This document shows positions 32,250 to 39,748 of a DNA stretch of 41,473 nt, piece after piece (position 1 is the first letter of the stretch; every line of letters starts with the position of its first letter). A model generated the notes under the pieces. The model saw only the letters and a list, made by a program, of their open reading frames with translations. It was not told the DNA's origin and did not search any database. The stretch comes from a virus. Where the stretch lies: IMG/VR virus record IMGVR_UViG_3300049215_000197, positions 1 to 41,473 of that record; one strand, 5' to 3'. The position numbers were made by a program, and so were the translations under genes.

Positions 32250-32604
32250 AGAAGAAAGAATAAAGCAAATTAAGGATTCGAACAAGAAAATTAGCGACAC
32301 CTTAAGGAATGCGGGATTAGAAATTGAATGCGTGCACAAAAGTGACGGTGGTGCAGATAAGAAAATTGAAAACCTTATCAAGAGAGTTAACAAATGGCGG
32401 GAAGGTATGCAAGTTCATATTAGCCTACTACCTGAACATTTGAAGCGAGACTACGTTGCCGAGGAATTTAACTATCATATTAATTGCCTCGCATATGTCG
32501 TAAATCGTTTAAGCGAAGACCAAGAGCAGGCTAAAGTTATGGCTGAGCAAATTGGCCAAGTAATTTATAACACAATTTTATACGGAACCATGAAGGAAGA
32601 ATAA
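32242..32604 (+). CDS. Hypothetical protein (120 aa)
   Basis: GGAGG SD 6 nt upstream. Overlaps the recombinase stop. Confidence 0.6.
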   Translation: MDEEERIKQIKDSNKKISDTLRNAGLEIECVHKSDGGADKKIENLIKRVNKWREGMQVHISLLPEHLKRDYVAEEFNYHINCLAYVVNRLSEDQEQAKVMAEQIGQVIYNTILYGTMKEE

Positions 32605-32858
32605 TGGACGAAGATTACACAGATAGAGAGAAATTAGAGAAGTACAAAAGCAAAGTATGGCTTGCCGATGTAGCTTTTCAAGTAGCACATGCTACTAATG
32701 TGGATGACCGAGATGAAATATTAGATGTCCACTTCACAGCTACAATATGGAAGTTAACAATGTTAATTAAAACATTTGCAGTACTTGAAGGTGATGAGCA
32801 AATTGATTCACTTTTTGAATGCATTAAGGAGGCAATAAATGTCAGTGATGTCAACTAA
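32604..32858 (+). CDS. Hypothetical acidic protein (84 aa)
   Basis: TAATG coupling. Confidence 0.6.
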   Translation: MDEDYTDREKLEKYKSKVWLADVAFQVAHATNVDDRDEILDVHFTATIWKLTMLIKTFAVLEGDEQIDSLFECIKEAINVSDVN

Positions 32859-33564
32859 AGATTACGAACTATTTAAGTTACGTAATGATAATAGAGAAAA
32901 GATAGATAAGAACCATTTAAGCAGAATGGTTGAATCGTTAAGAGATAAGAACTTATTATATCTAAAGCCAATATTAGTTAACTCTAAATATGAGATAATA
33001 GATGGACAACATAGATTCTTAGCTGCTAAAGAATTAGGAATTGAACTATATTATGAAGTAAGTGATGAAATAGAAGCTAAAGATTTAATACAAATGAATC
33101 TTAGTTTACAATGGAAATTACATGACTACTTAAATTTCTATGTAAAGAATGGATATCCAGAATATATTAAGTTGAATAACTATGTTAAATCAAGTGGAGT
33201 ACATTTAAGAAATTGTATCGGTATTGGATATGGTAATTCCCATGATACAATAAATGAATTCCGAGCAGGTAAATATGTATTTAATATGGATCAATTTGAA
33301 GATAATATATTTCTAATTAATAAAACAATTGAAACTATAAATAGATATGCAGGGAAATTTGAATTTACTAAGTCACTTAAATTTTGGAGGGCATTAATAA
33401 TTCTATTTGACCACCCATCATTTAATGAAGAGATTTGGATAGCACGTCTAACTAAATATGTATACAGAATACAAGTAAAAGTTTCAACTCTTGAATATTG
33501 TAAATTATTTCAAGATATATTTAATAAGAACAATGCTGATAAAGTTGACCTAACTTGTAACTAA
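32839..33564 (+). CDS. ParB/sulfiredoxin-fold (DGQHR motif) protein (241 aa), markedly AT-rich
   Basis: PILVNSKYEIIDGQHRFLAAKELG is the ParB N-terminal/DGQHR signature. Confidence 0.6.
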   Translation: MSVMSTKDYELFKLRNDNREKIDKNHLSRMVESLRDKNLLYLKPILVNSKYEIIDGQHRFLAAKELGIELYYEVSDEIEAKDLIQMNLSLQWKLHDYLNFYVKNGYPEYIKLNNYVKSSGVHLRNCIGIGYGNSHDTINEFRAGKYVFNMDQFEDNIFLINKTIETINRYAGKFEFTKSLKFWRALIILFDHPSFNEEIWIARLTKYVYRIQVKVSTLEYCKLFQDIFNKNNADKVDLTCN

Positions 33565-33737
33565 ATGAGTATCCTACGCTCCATCCATACATCATGGTAA
33601 TCGCCCTCAGAAAGCATTGCTATGATGTATGACCTTGCCTTATCGAATTGCAAGCTACATCCCAGGAGGAAGTCTTCAGTGGCTCCCACTTCTCTACCAA
33701 ATATAAGGTATACCAGGTTCTGCTTTAAAGTTATCAT
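33561..33737 (-). CDS. Small protein (58 aa: MITLKQNLVYLIFGREVGATEDFLLGCSLQFDKARSYIIAMLSEGDYHDVWMERRILI)
   Basis: Hand-translated. ATGA coupling to the upstream gene. Its stop overlaps the convergent ParB-like stop (CTAA). Just under the ORF-track cutoff. Confidence 0.5.
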   Translation of the reverse strand: MITLKQNLVYLIFGREVGATEDFLLGCSLQFDKARSYIIAMLSEGDYHDVWMERRILI

Positions 33738-34027
33738 ACGAGCATTTCCCTCTTCTTGGCCTTAACGTATTCAAGGTACTCTTTAATCTCTCTGTAATGC
33801 CATTTACGCGTCTCAAGGGCTAATACCTCTTCCCGCACCTCTTGCTGCTTAAGAAGGAGCTTGTGCATCTTTCCATTAAGCTTAACGTTGATGTCGTCAA
33901 GGTACTCGATGAAGATGCGTATTGACTTCTCCATAGCTTTCATTTGGTCCTCAATAGGAGCCTTCTTCATCCGTAACTTGCGGAGCTTATTTAAAGTGAG
34001 CTCGACACTTGGCTTAAGTCTTACCAT
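33734..34027 (-). CDS. Coiled-coil protein (97 aa)
   Basis: ORF overlapping the RusA stop. Lys/Glu heptad-like composition. Confidence 0.6.
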   Translation of the reverse strand: MVRLKPSVELTLNKLRKLRMKKAPIEDQMKAMEKSIRIFIEYLDDINVKLNGKMHKLLLKQQEVREEVLALETRKWHYREIKEYLEYVKAKKREMLV

Positions 34028-34505
34028 TTATGAACTCCTCGCTCTCAAGGATAGCACCCTTTATATCAAAAGCATTAATGATATCTTTATCAAATGATTG
34101 AATGAATACCCTTGTTTCGCCTTCAGGGTACTTAGTCCAAGACTTGTATCTAAGGACACAGAAGAGCTGGGAGTCATCCTTCCATACAAGGCCTTTGAAG
34201 CAGTCATTAACTAGCTTCTCAAGGTTATCGCCGTCTGGCCTTATCGCGTGCGGTAGGAATTCGCGCGCTGGGGGTTCTACGAGCTTTGAGCTTCGGGCGA
34301 GTGGCATGCGAAAATGGATAACCATTAGTAATGGCTTCAGGAAGGGCACATGACTTGTCTCCTTTACGTACTCTTCCACGTAAGCTTTTACTTTGCTCAT
34401 GCCCTTGTGCGAAGGGTTGTAGGCTCCATATTTGCCTAATCTTACTGACATCTTCGGTACAGGCGTAAACGGGATGCGAATTGTGAATGTCGACATAGTG
34501 GTCAT
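34014..34505 (-). CDS. rusA: RusA-family Holliday junction resolvase (163 aa)
   Basis: RPDGDNLEKLVNDCFKGLVWKDDSQ carries the catalytic Asp cluster of RusA. The upstream part matches the F..P..P...P/R..fold pattern. Confidence 0.75.
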   Translation of the reverse strand: MTTMSTFTIRIPFTPVPKMSVRLGKYGAYNPSHKGMSKVKAYVEEYVKETSHVPFLKPLLMVIHFRMPLARSSKLVEPPAREFLPHAIRPDGDNLEKLVNDCFKGLVWKDDSQLFCVLRYKSWTKYPEGETRVFIQSFDKDIINAFDIKGAILESEEFINGKT

Positions 34506-34962
34506 ATCTCATAAATTTAAATTCTGTTCTAGGTTTCGCAGAGTAAATCTTCTGCATTTCTATCTTAACCACTTGCTTGTAGGTAGCAATGATATGGCTA
34601 TGAATAGTTTCAAGGAAAAAAAGAAGGTAGTCCGCCAGCTCGAAACTGAGAGTTGCAGGTGTAAGCTCATCCTTTAAACTTTTTTGACTTATCTTATGTC
34701 CAGTGGGAGGAGATACAAAGAATGTGATTTGCAAAACCACTGGTATTCGTGAATCAAGATAGCTGTTAAAGAAGGCTTTCAAAATATTCTTCCATCGCGG
34801 GTCCCGTTCATACTTAGAACGGTTAGACGGACTACCAAGCTCGTATTTCAGCGAATAGAGTGAAGGCTCCTCAGGCATAGTGAATACCGCAGTGACCCCC
34901 TCGGAAGGGAGCCTCTGTAGCTTTCTTATCTTCATCTTCTTGATGAGTGCCTTAAGGTCCAT
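34225..34962 (-). CDS. RusA-like paralog lacking the catalytic aspartates. The domain ends near 34505, and the ORF then runs on for 93 codons in an alternative frame over rusA.
   Basis: ...VVLQITFFVSPP...SFELADYLLFFLETI...TYKQVVKIEMQKIYSAKPRTEFKF aligns by eye to RusA blocks, with D replaced by E/A/T/Y. There is no stop in this frame until 34225. Confidence 0.5.
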   Translation of the reverse strand: MDLKALIKKMKIRKLQRLPSEGVTAVFTMPEEPSLYSLKYELGSPSNRSKYERDPRWKNILKAFFNSYLDSRIPVVLQITFFVSPPTGHKISQKSLKDELTPATLSFELADYLLFFLETIHSHIIATYKQVVKIEMQKIYSAKPRTEFKFMRYDHYVDIHNSHPVYACTEDVSKIRQIWSLQPFAQGHEQSKSLRGRVRKGDKSCALPEAITNGYPFSHATRPKLKARRTPSARIPTARDKARRR

Positions 34963-35092
34963 ACACTTCTACTGTCCCCATTACTTCTTTTATGGTACGC
35001 ATGTAGTCATCTACATCGCTGAATTCTATCTCTGTGCATGTATCTATTACTTTCTGATACATTTTCACCCAGTTACTAAAAGGAGAACTCAT
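34952..35092 (-). CDS. Small protein (46 aa, from MSSPFSNWVKMYQ...)
   Basis: Internal ATG of ORF 34952..35170 that avoids most of the overlap with the upstream gene. Confidence 0.35.
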   Translation of the reverse strand: MSSPFSNWVKMYQKVIDTCTEIEFSDVDDYMRTIKEVMGTVEVYGP

Positions 35093-35411
35093 CCTTATCA
35101 GCGGGTGGTTGGGAATGACCAGAATTATGTGCTCCATTATTCTCCTCGTGTCTAAGAGCTTCAAGTACAAGCTCTTTAATAGTTTCGTTCAGGATATCAT
35201 TATCAATTTTCACTAAGGGGAAATACTTAGGCTTAACACCTTCCGCACCTTTCACTTCCTTCTGTGGGAAGTTGAACCATTCTTTATCTGTCATCTTGAA
35301 ATGCTTGCAGTCACTGAATATGAAGCCAATTGGTAACACCTTCAGTGTAAAACTTGCCTTAAGTGAGCCCTTATTTATAGCTCTATAGTTACTGATCTCT
35401 ACTGTTGTCAT
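35076..35411 (-). CDS. Hypothetical DNA-metabolism protein (111 aa) with an SSB-like acidic C-terminal tip (DKDEFSF)
   Basis: Position in the replication operon. The C-terminal tail resembles the SSB DDDIPF-type interaction motif. Confidence 0.4.
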   Translation of the reverse strand: MTTVEISNYRAINKGSLKASFTLKVLPIGFIFSDCKHFKMTDKEWFNFPQKEVKGAEGVKPKYFPLVKIDNDILNETIKELVLEALRHEENNGAHNSGHSQPPADKDEFSF

Positions 35412-35418
35412 AAATTTC

Positions 35419-36297
35419 CTATTTGTTCTTCTTCTCTAAGTAGCCGTCCCATGACGGCTGGTAATAAAGATATGTTGTGCCCTCTGTCCCGAACATGCGG
35501 TTCTTAGCTACTTTGATCTTGACCTTGTTAGGGTCAGCCTGTGCCTCTGTTCTACTGCACCTATGTAGAATAATAATGTTATCCGCATATTGCTTAATGG
35601 AGCTCGAACCTTTAAGCCCATGCATACCTACTTCTTCCTGTGCTGCGGAACTCTGTCTTGGATGACAGATAAGTATTAAGTGGATATTGAATAGGAATGC
35701 CAGCTCATGCAACCTCTTCACTGTTTCATCTATAGCCTCATGGAGCTTATCCTTGTTATCCCGCACTAGGTAGTCAAGGTGATCAATTAGCACTACCTTT
35801 ACACCCATGCCATTAGCTATAAGCAAGGACTTAGCGAATTTGTCCATATCCGTGCCTATAGTATTAGGATTCACATATATCGAGTGAGACGAAGTGAAAG
35901 CATTGAAGGCTATGTTATCCTCCTCGGTGAAGGAGCACATCTTCATGGGCTTCCTAAGCACGATAGAGGCTATCTTACGCATCACTATCTCAGGCTTCAT
36001 CTCCCAGCTATTTATCCATACTGGGATACCCTGCATTACACAGTTCACTAATAGGTTCAGACAGAATGTGGTCTTGCCCACTCCCGTATCTGCCGTGACA
36101 ACTGTGAGCTCGCCCTTGCGTATTCCCTGCATATAGTAGTCTAGTCCCTTCCAGCCAGTAGTGAATCCCTGATCTATCTCAGTTCTATATTCATGAGATA
36201 AGTCATGCAGAGGAATGATATCTTGCTTCAATTCAGGCGTATTCAGCTTGAACTTACTAACGTATTGCTCTGTAGGAGCCTCTCGTTCTTCTTCCAT
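35419..36297 (-). CDS. DnaB-family replicative helicase, RecA-fold C-terminal domain only (292 aa)
   Basis: Walker A TADTGVGKTTF, Walker B VVLIDHLDYL, and ...ILICHPRQ...LKGSSSIKQYADNIIILHR. Confidence 0.8.
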   Translation of the reverse strand: MEEEREAPTEQYVSKFKLNTPELKQDIIPLHDLSHEYRTEIDQGFTTGWKGLDYYMQGIRKGELTVVTADTGVGKTTFCLNLLVNCVMQGIPVWINSWEMKPEIVMRKIASIVLRKPMKMCSFTEEDNIAFNAFTSSHSIYVNPNTIGTDMDKFAKSLLIANGMGVKVVLIDHLDYLVRDNKDKLHEAIDETVKRLHELAFLFNIHLILICHPRQSSAAQEEVGMHGLKGSSSIKQYADNIIILHRCSRTEAQADPNKVKIKVAKNRMFGTEGTTYLYYQPSWDGYLEKKNK

Positions 36298-36581
36298 AAC
36301 TTATTTAAATACTTCCCTAGTGGTGCCTGTATTACTTCATCGTGAGCCTTGGGAGCTTCACTAACCTTGCATATGACATCAGGCGCATTACCTAGCCAAT
36401 TCATGATAAAAGCTAGTGCTCCCTTCCTGGTCTTGCCCTTGTCGCTCATGAGCCATAGCTTCATTTTATTGAGCTCGCCTTGTATATCCTTCTTAGGATA
36501 AGCCTCTTGTATCTTCTTCATGGTTAAATCATTAATGCCCACGAATTGATGAGACTCCCTATCAAAGTATATATCTGACAT
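36243..36581 (-). CDS. Replication-associated protein (112 aa). Possible helicase loader or organiser.
   Basis: The pattern ELNKMKLWLMSDKGKTRKGALAFIMNWL is seen in phage replication accessory proteins (recalled from memory). 55-nt overlap with the helicase gene. Confidence 0.4.
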   Translation of the reverse strand: MSDIYFDRESHQFVGINDLTMKKIQEAYPKKDIQGELNKMKLWLMSDKGKTRKGALAFIMNWLGNAPDVICKVSEAPKAHDEVIQAPLGKYLNKLWKKNERLLQSNTLVSSS

Positions 36582-36610
36582 GCTGACCCCTCTCTCGCAA
36601 AGTAATTATT

Positions 36611-36886
36611 TCAGGAATTCCTTGCAACTTTTTTCAAATACTTCTTATTTCCTGCGTATCTACTTCTTCGGAAGCATTCTCTAAGTCGCTCGTTATCAAC
36701 ATATACGAAGTTAATAGCATCACGAATAAGTTCCTGAACATGGACTTGGCTCCCCCTACGAATTGTCTCGGCTGTAGCTATATCCTTCAGTGTCTGGTAC
36801 ATCTCTTTCTCAATGCGGAAGGGAATGCTAACTGAAGCTTTGAACTTCTTATATCGGCCCATGCTTTCCCTGTACTTGATGGGCAA
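36611..36886 (-). CDS. Ribbon-helix-helix regulator (91 aa or shorter)
   Basis: KASVSIPFRIEKEMYQTLKDIA fits an RHH beta-strand plus helix. First gene at a divergent promoter region. Confidence 0.5.
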   Translation of the reverse strand: MPIKYRESMGRYKKFKASVSIPFRIEKEMYQTLKDIATAETIRRGSQVHVQELIRDAINFVYVDNERLRECFRRSRYAGNKKYLKKVARNS

Positions 36887-36947
36887 ATACTTTACAATAA
36901 TTTCTTTAATTGCTATGGGTCAGGTAAGGCTTTACCAAGGGGGGTAT

Positions 36948-37067
36948 ATGTCAGAAGATAGAATGATGCTGGAGCAGTGGATAGCTGACTGCATGTTAAT
37001 AGTGGTCTATACCATGGTATTCATAACCGCAATATTCGGGACCATATTCTTACTTGTGTGGCATTGA
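36948..37067 (+). CDS. 39-aa single-TM peptide (MSEDRMMLEQWIADCMLIVVYTMVFITAIFGTIFLLVWH)
   Basis: AAGGGGGGTAT-ATG SD. TGATG coupling to the exonuclease gene. Confidence 0.5.
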   Translation: MSEDRMMLEQWIADCMLIVVYTMVFITAIFGTIFLLVWH

Positions 37068-37612
37068 TGGAGCTACCAAGAGTTACAGAGATATTAAATC
37101 CTTTCACTGGCTTCCGATTCGTAAAGAAGGACTTGCTTGAATCCGCAGCTGAGAGAGGTACTAAGGTACATGGCATATGCGCCAAGATAGCTGAAGGCCT
37201 CTATGTGCCTGATTTCACTATAGATGAAGAGTTGCAGCCCTATGTGAAGAACTTCAATATCTTCATGGAGCAATACGTAAAGGAAGTGCTCATCGTAGAA
37301 GAAAGGTATCAATGCACAGAGCTAGAATTCACTGGCCAGGTAGATATGGTAATCATGACTAAGGATGACCGCAAATTCCTTGTGGATCTGAAGACGGGTA
37401 TCAGTAAGCAGAAGAGCCATGCGGTACAAATGGCAGCCTATAGGCACCTACTTGATGAGCATGATATCCAAGTCTCAGGAGCTATGCTTGTATACCTTGC
37501 CAGGGAGAATGAGCCTGAAGTTGAATTTATCACTGACTTAGATCCTCATTGGGAGGTATTCAAGTCAGCCTTAAACTGTTACAATTACTTTTTTAAAAGG
37601 AAAAAGAAATGA
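37067..37612 (+). CDS. PD-(D/E)XK (RecB/Cas4-like) exonuclease (181 aa)
   Basis: GQVDMVIM...FLVDLKTG (D...D/ExK) plus a QMAAYRHLL (QxxxY) motif. Confidence 0.7.
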   Translation: MELPRVTEILNPFTGFRFVKKDLLESAAERGTKVHGICAKIAEGLYVPDFTIDEELQPYVKNFNIFMEQYVKEVLIVEERYQCTELEFTGQVDMVIMTKDDRKFLVDLKTGISKQKSHAVQMAAYRHLLDEHDIQVSGAMLVYLARENEPEVEFITDLDPHWEVFKSALNCYNYFFKRKKK

Positions 37613-38286
37613 CACGTAAACAAGACGAGATAGAGAAAGCTATTGATTTAGCTGCCGATGAGTTTAGAACAGAAATGCCACAGATTCAGAGAGTGGTGCC
37701 TAATATTTACATGCGAATCAGTGCTATTATGGCTGAACTTGACTACATCCAGAAGGGTACAGCTAAAGTTAATGGCCAGTATAGATTCGTAAGCCATGAC
37801 CAAGTTACTGAGAAGATTCACCCTCTCTTAGTAAAGCATGGCGTTGTGATCCTGCCTACTGTAGAAGAAAGCATACAGGACAATAACCGCACAGAAGTAA
37901 AGCTGCTGATGCAATTCATTAACATTGATGTACCTACGGATGTAGTAACTATCCGCACAATTGGATACGGTATTGATGGATCAGATAAGGGGCCTGGTAA
38001 AGCCATATCCTACGCTTATAAATACGGCATCCTGAAGACATTCTGCCTTGAGACTGGGGATGACCCAGACCAGGATCAAAGTGCTGTCTATGAGCCTGTA
38101 AAGCCCCTAGATTTCGAAGATACGATGCGTAAGGTTATGGCACTAGAAAGCCCAGCTGATGTAACTATATTCGTTAAGCATTGTGCGGAGAATGCCAAGA
38201 TGAGCGAGAATGCTATCATGGAAGCTGCTATTAAGAAGCCAGTGGAATTCAGAGATGCGTTCTATAAATGGAAGAAGAGTAAATAA
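37609..38286 (+). CDS. erf: ERF-family single-strand annealing protein (225 aa)
   Basis: YRFVSHDQVTEKIHPLLVKHGVVILPT ... GKAISYAYKYGILKTFCLETGDDPD matches the ERF signature blocks. Confidence 0.75.
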   Translation: MTRKQDEIEKAIDLAADEFRTEMPQIQRVVPNIYMRISAIMAELDYIQKGTAKVNGQYRFVSHDQVTEKIHPLLVKHGVVILPTVEESIQDNNRTEVKLLMQFINIDVPTDVVTIRTIGYGIDGSDKGPGKAISYAYKYGILKTFCLETGDDPDQDQSAVYEPVKPLDFEDTMRKVMALESPADVTIFVKHCAENAKMSENAIMEAAIKKPVEFRDAFYKWKKSK

Positions 38287-38289
38287 AGA

Positions 38290-38309
38290 AAGGGGAATTA
38301 CTTCCCCTT
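38290..38309. terminator. Hairpin between convergent genes (AAGGGGAA-ttac-TTCCCCTT). Candidate bidirectional terminator.
   Basis: 8-bp perfect stem. T-rich on the minus side (CTTTATTT); weaker on the plus side. Confidence 0.45.
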
Positions 38310-38429
38310 CTTGTTACCTGCTACATTGAGAGCTATGGCAACTGCCTGCTTTTGTGGCCTGCCTGTTTCCTTCAACTCCTTAATGTTCTCGCTAATAGCT
38401 TTCCCACTTTTTCCTTTCTGCAACGGCAT
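38298..38429 (-). CDS. Conserved 43-aa basic protein MPLQKGKSGKAISENIKELKETGRPQKQAVAIALNVAGNKKGK
   Basis: Hand-translated. The KGKS.KAISENI.EL...GRPQKQAVAIAL pattern recurs in many phage/bacterial small proteins (recalled from memory). Confidence 0.6.
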   Translation of the reverse strand: MPLQKGKSGKAISENIKELKETGRPQKQAVAIALNVAGNKKGK

Positions 38430-38513
38430 CTAATTTCTCCTCTATTCTACGGATTCTAAAATATATTGAGGTTATCCCACCTAGGATAACACCTATCAAA
38501 AAAGTAATTACGC

Positions 38514-38924
38514 TCATTTCTTTAACCTTTGGCTTTCAAGTATAGGCAAGTTAGCCTCAGTAGGCACATATACTACCGTGCTATTGGTTTGGTTCAAGCC
38601 CTGTATCCATAGATACCTTAAGTAGCTCTCATTCTCATTAAGGGAGTTACCAATGATCTTGTTAGCTGTAGCCATTCCTTCTGCTCTTATGATCTCAGCT
38701 TCAGCTAGGCATTTAGAGCTCTCCTTCTTAGCTTCTGCTTCACATACTGCTATCTGCCTATTAGATTCGGCTCTAGCAAGCTCTCCTTTACCCATCATAT
38801 GCTGATGCCATACATGAATGAAAGGATTTACGAATTCTTGATATAAGCCTAGGCAGAATATGAATATCAGCACATTCCTTATGCATTTATACCAAAAGCT
38901 ATACTCTTCAAGCTGCTCAAGCAT
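38514..38924 (-). CDS. Membrane-anchored truncated SPFH/prohibitin-like protein (136 aa)
   Basis: N-terminal TM segment (VLIFIFCLGLY). AEAEIIRAEGMATANKIIGNSL..NESYLRYLWIQGL......VVYVP resembles only the C-terminal half of HflC/prohibitin. Confidence 0.55.
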   Translation of the reverse strand: MLEQLEEYSFWYKCIRNVLIFIFCLGLYQEFVNPFIHVWHQHMMGKGELARAESNRQIAVCEAEAKKESSKCLAEAEIIRAEGMATANKIIGNSLNENESYLRYLWIQGLNQTNSTVVYVPTEANLPILESQRLKK

Positions 38925-39697
38925 TACTTCACCATTCCTATCTCGGCCAAGTACTTAGCAGGTATAACCGTAAATGTACCCGTAAGTACCCGATTCAAAT
39001 AGAATGCTCCTGTGCAGTACATGGCATTGTAATTCTTGTGCTTCTTATACCAGCTCTCTACGTTATCGTTTAAACCCGCTATACACGCATTTATCACTGG
39101 GTGGCTAGGACATGCTGCTATGAACCCATTAGCGCAGAATATGGCCTGCTGTGAGCCAATATCGCGGGCTTTATGTTCCAGCATGAGCACAAGTCCCTTA
39201 TTGGGTATAACTTCAAAGATATCGAAATAGCTTTCATTGTAATATGGGGGTGAGAAGTCGCAATCGAGATACACGCCTCCATAGTGAGAGATAAGTTCCA
39301 TTCTGAGCACATCTGATGCCGAATGGTAATTCTTAACCGAGAGAAGGAAATTGAGCAGGATATAGTTCTCGTCGGACATGATATGCTTAAGTGCTGGTAT
39401 ATCCGCATCTGTCCAAAGACAGTAGTCATAGCCGAAGTAGGCAGCATATTGCGACCATATCTCATGGGACTCAAGCACATCACATGTAGGACTCCCGAAC
39501 CAGATTTGATGTATCGTGCGGGGTATCCTCTTCTCGAAGTACGGCAATGAGCTAAACAATAACGAGTCAGGCGTTAAAGCTTGAATCGAAAGCGCATCGC
39601 AGTTCTTGTCGTACTCAGGCAAGAGGCTTGCCCATGCTCCAACTTGCGTAGACAGTAAGAATGATAATGATAAGATAAAATTTGTGATCCATTTCAT
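38924..39697 (-). CDS. Secreted GT32-family DXD glycosyltransferase (257 aa)
   Basis: Signal peptide MKWITNFILSLSFLLSTQVGAWA. IPRTIHQIWFG and SDVLRMELISHYGGVYLDCDF (DxD) motifs. Confidence 0.65.
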   Translation of the reverse strand: MKWITNFILSLSFLLSTQVGAWASLLPEYDKNCDALSIQALTPDSLLFSSLPYFEKRIPRTIHQIWFGSPTCDVLESHEIWSQYAAYFGYDYCLWTDADIPALKHIMSDENYILLNFLLSVKNYHSASDVLRMELISHYGGVYLDCDFSPPYYNESYFDIFEVIPNKGLVLMLEHKARDIGSQQAIFCANGFIAACPSHPVINACIAGLNDNVESWYKKHKNYNAMYCTGAFYLNRVLTGTFTVIPAKYLAEIGMVK

Positions 39698-39748
39698 ATT
39701 TCCTCCTTGGAAAAGTTCAGCTTCTCAAATCGGGAAAATTATGGCAAG

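Noticed and set aside
34952-35170. Full-length 72-aa version of the ORF between the RusA-like gene and 35076..35411
   Set aside because: The first 26 codons overlap the preceding gene in another frame. Only the internal-ATG version (34952..35092) is plausible, and weakly so.
38471-38490. Hairpin GTTATCC-N6-GGATAAC after the SPFH-like gene, considered as a terminator
   Set aside because: The stem is perfect, but the downstream minus-sense sequence (CTCAATATATTTTAG) is only weakly U-rich and a coupled small gene follows. It was not called as a feature.
39118-39483. 121-aa minus-strand ORF inside the glycosyltransferase gene (also 39036..39230 and 39323..39550 on the plus strand)
   Set aside because: These are alternative frames of a gene with clear GT32 motifs. 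They have no SD and an odd Cys/Ser/Arg-rich composition.
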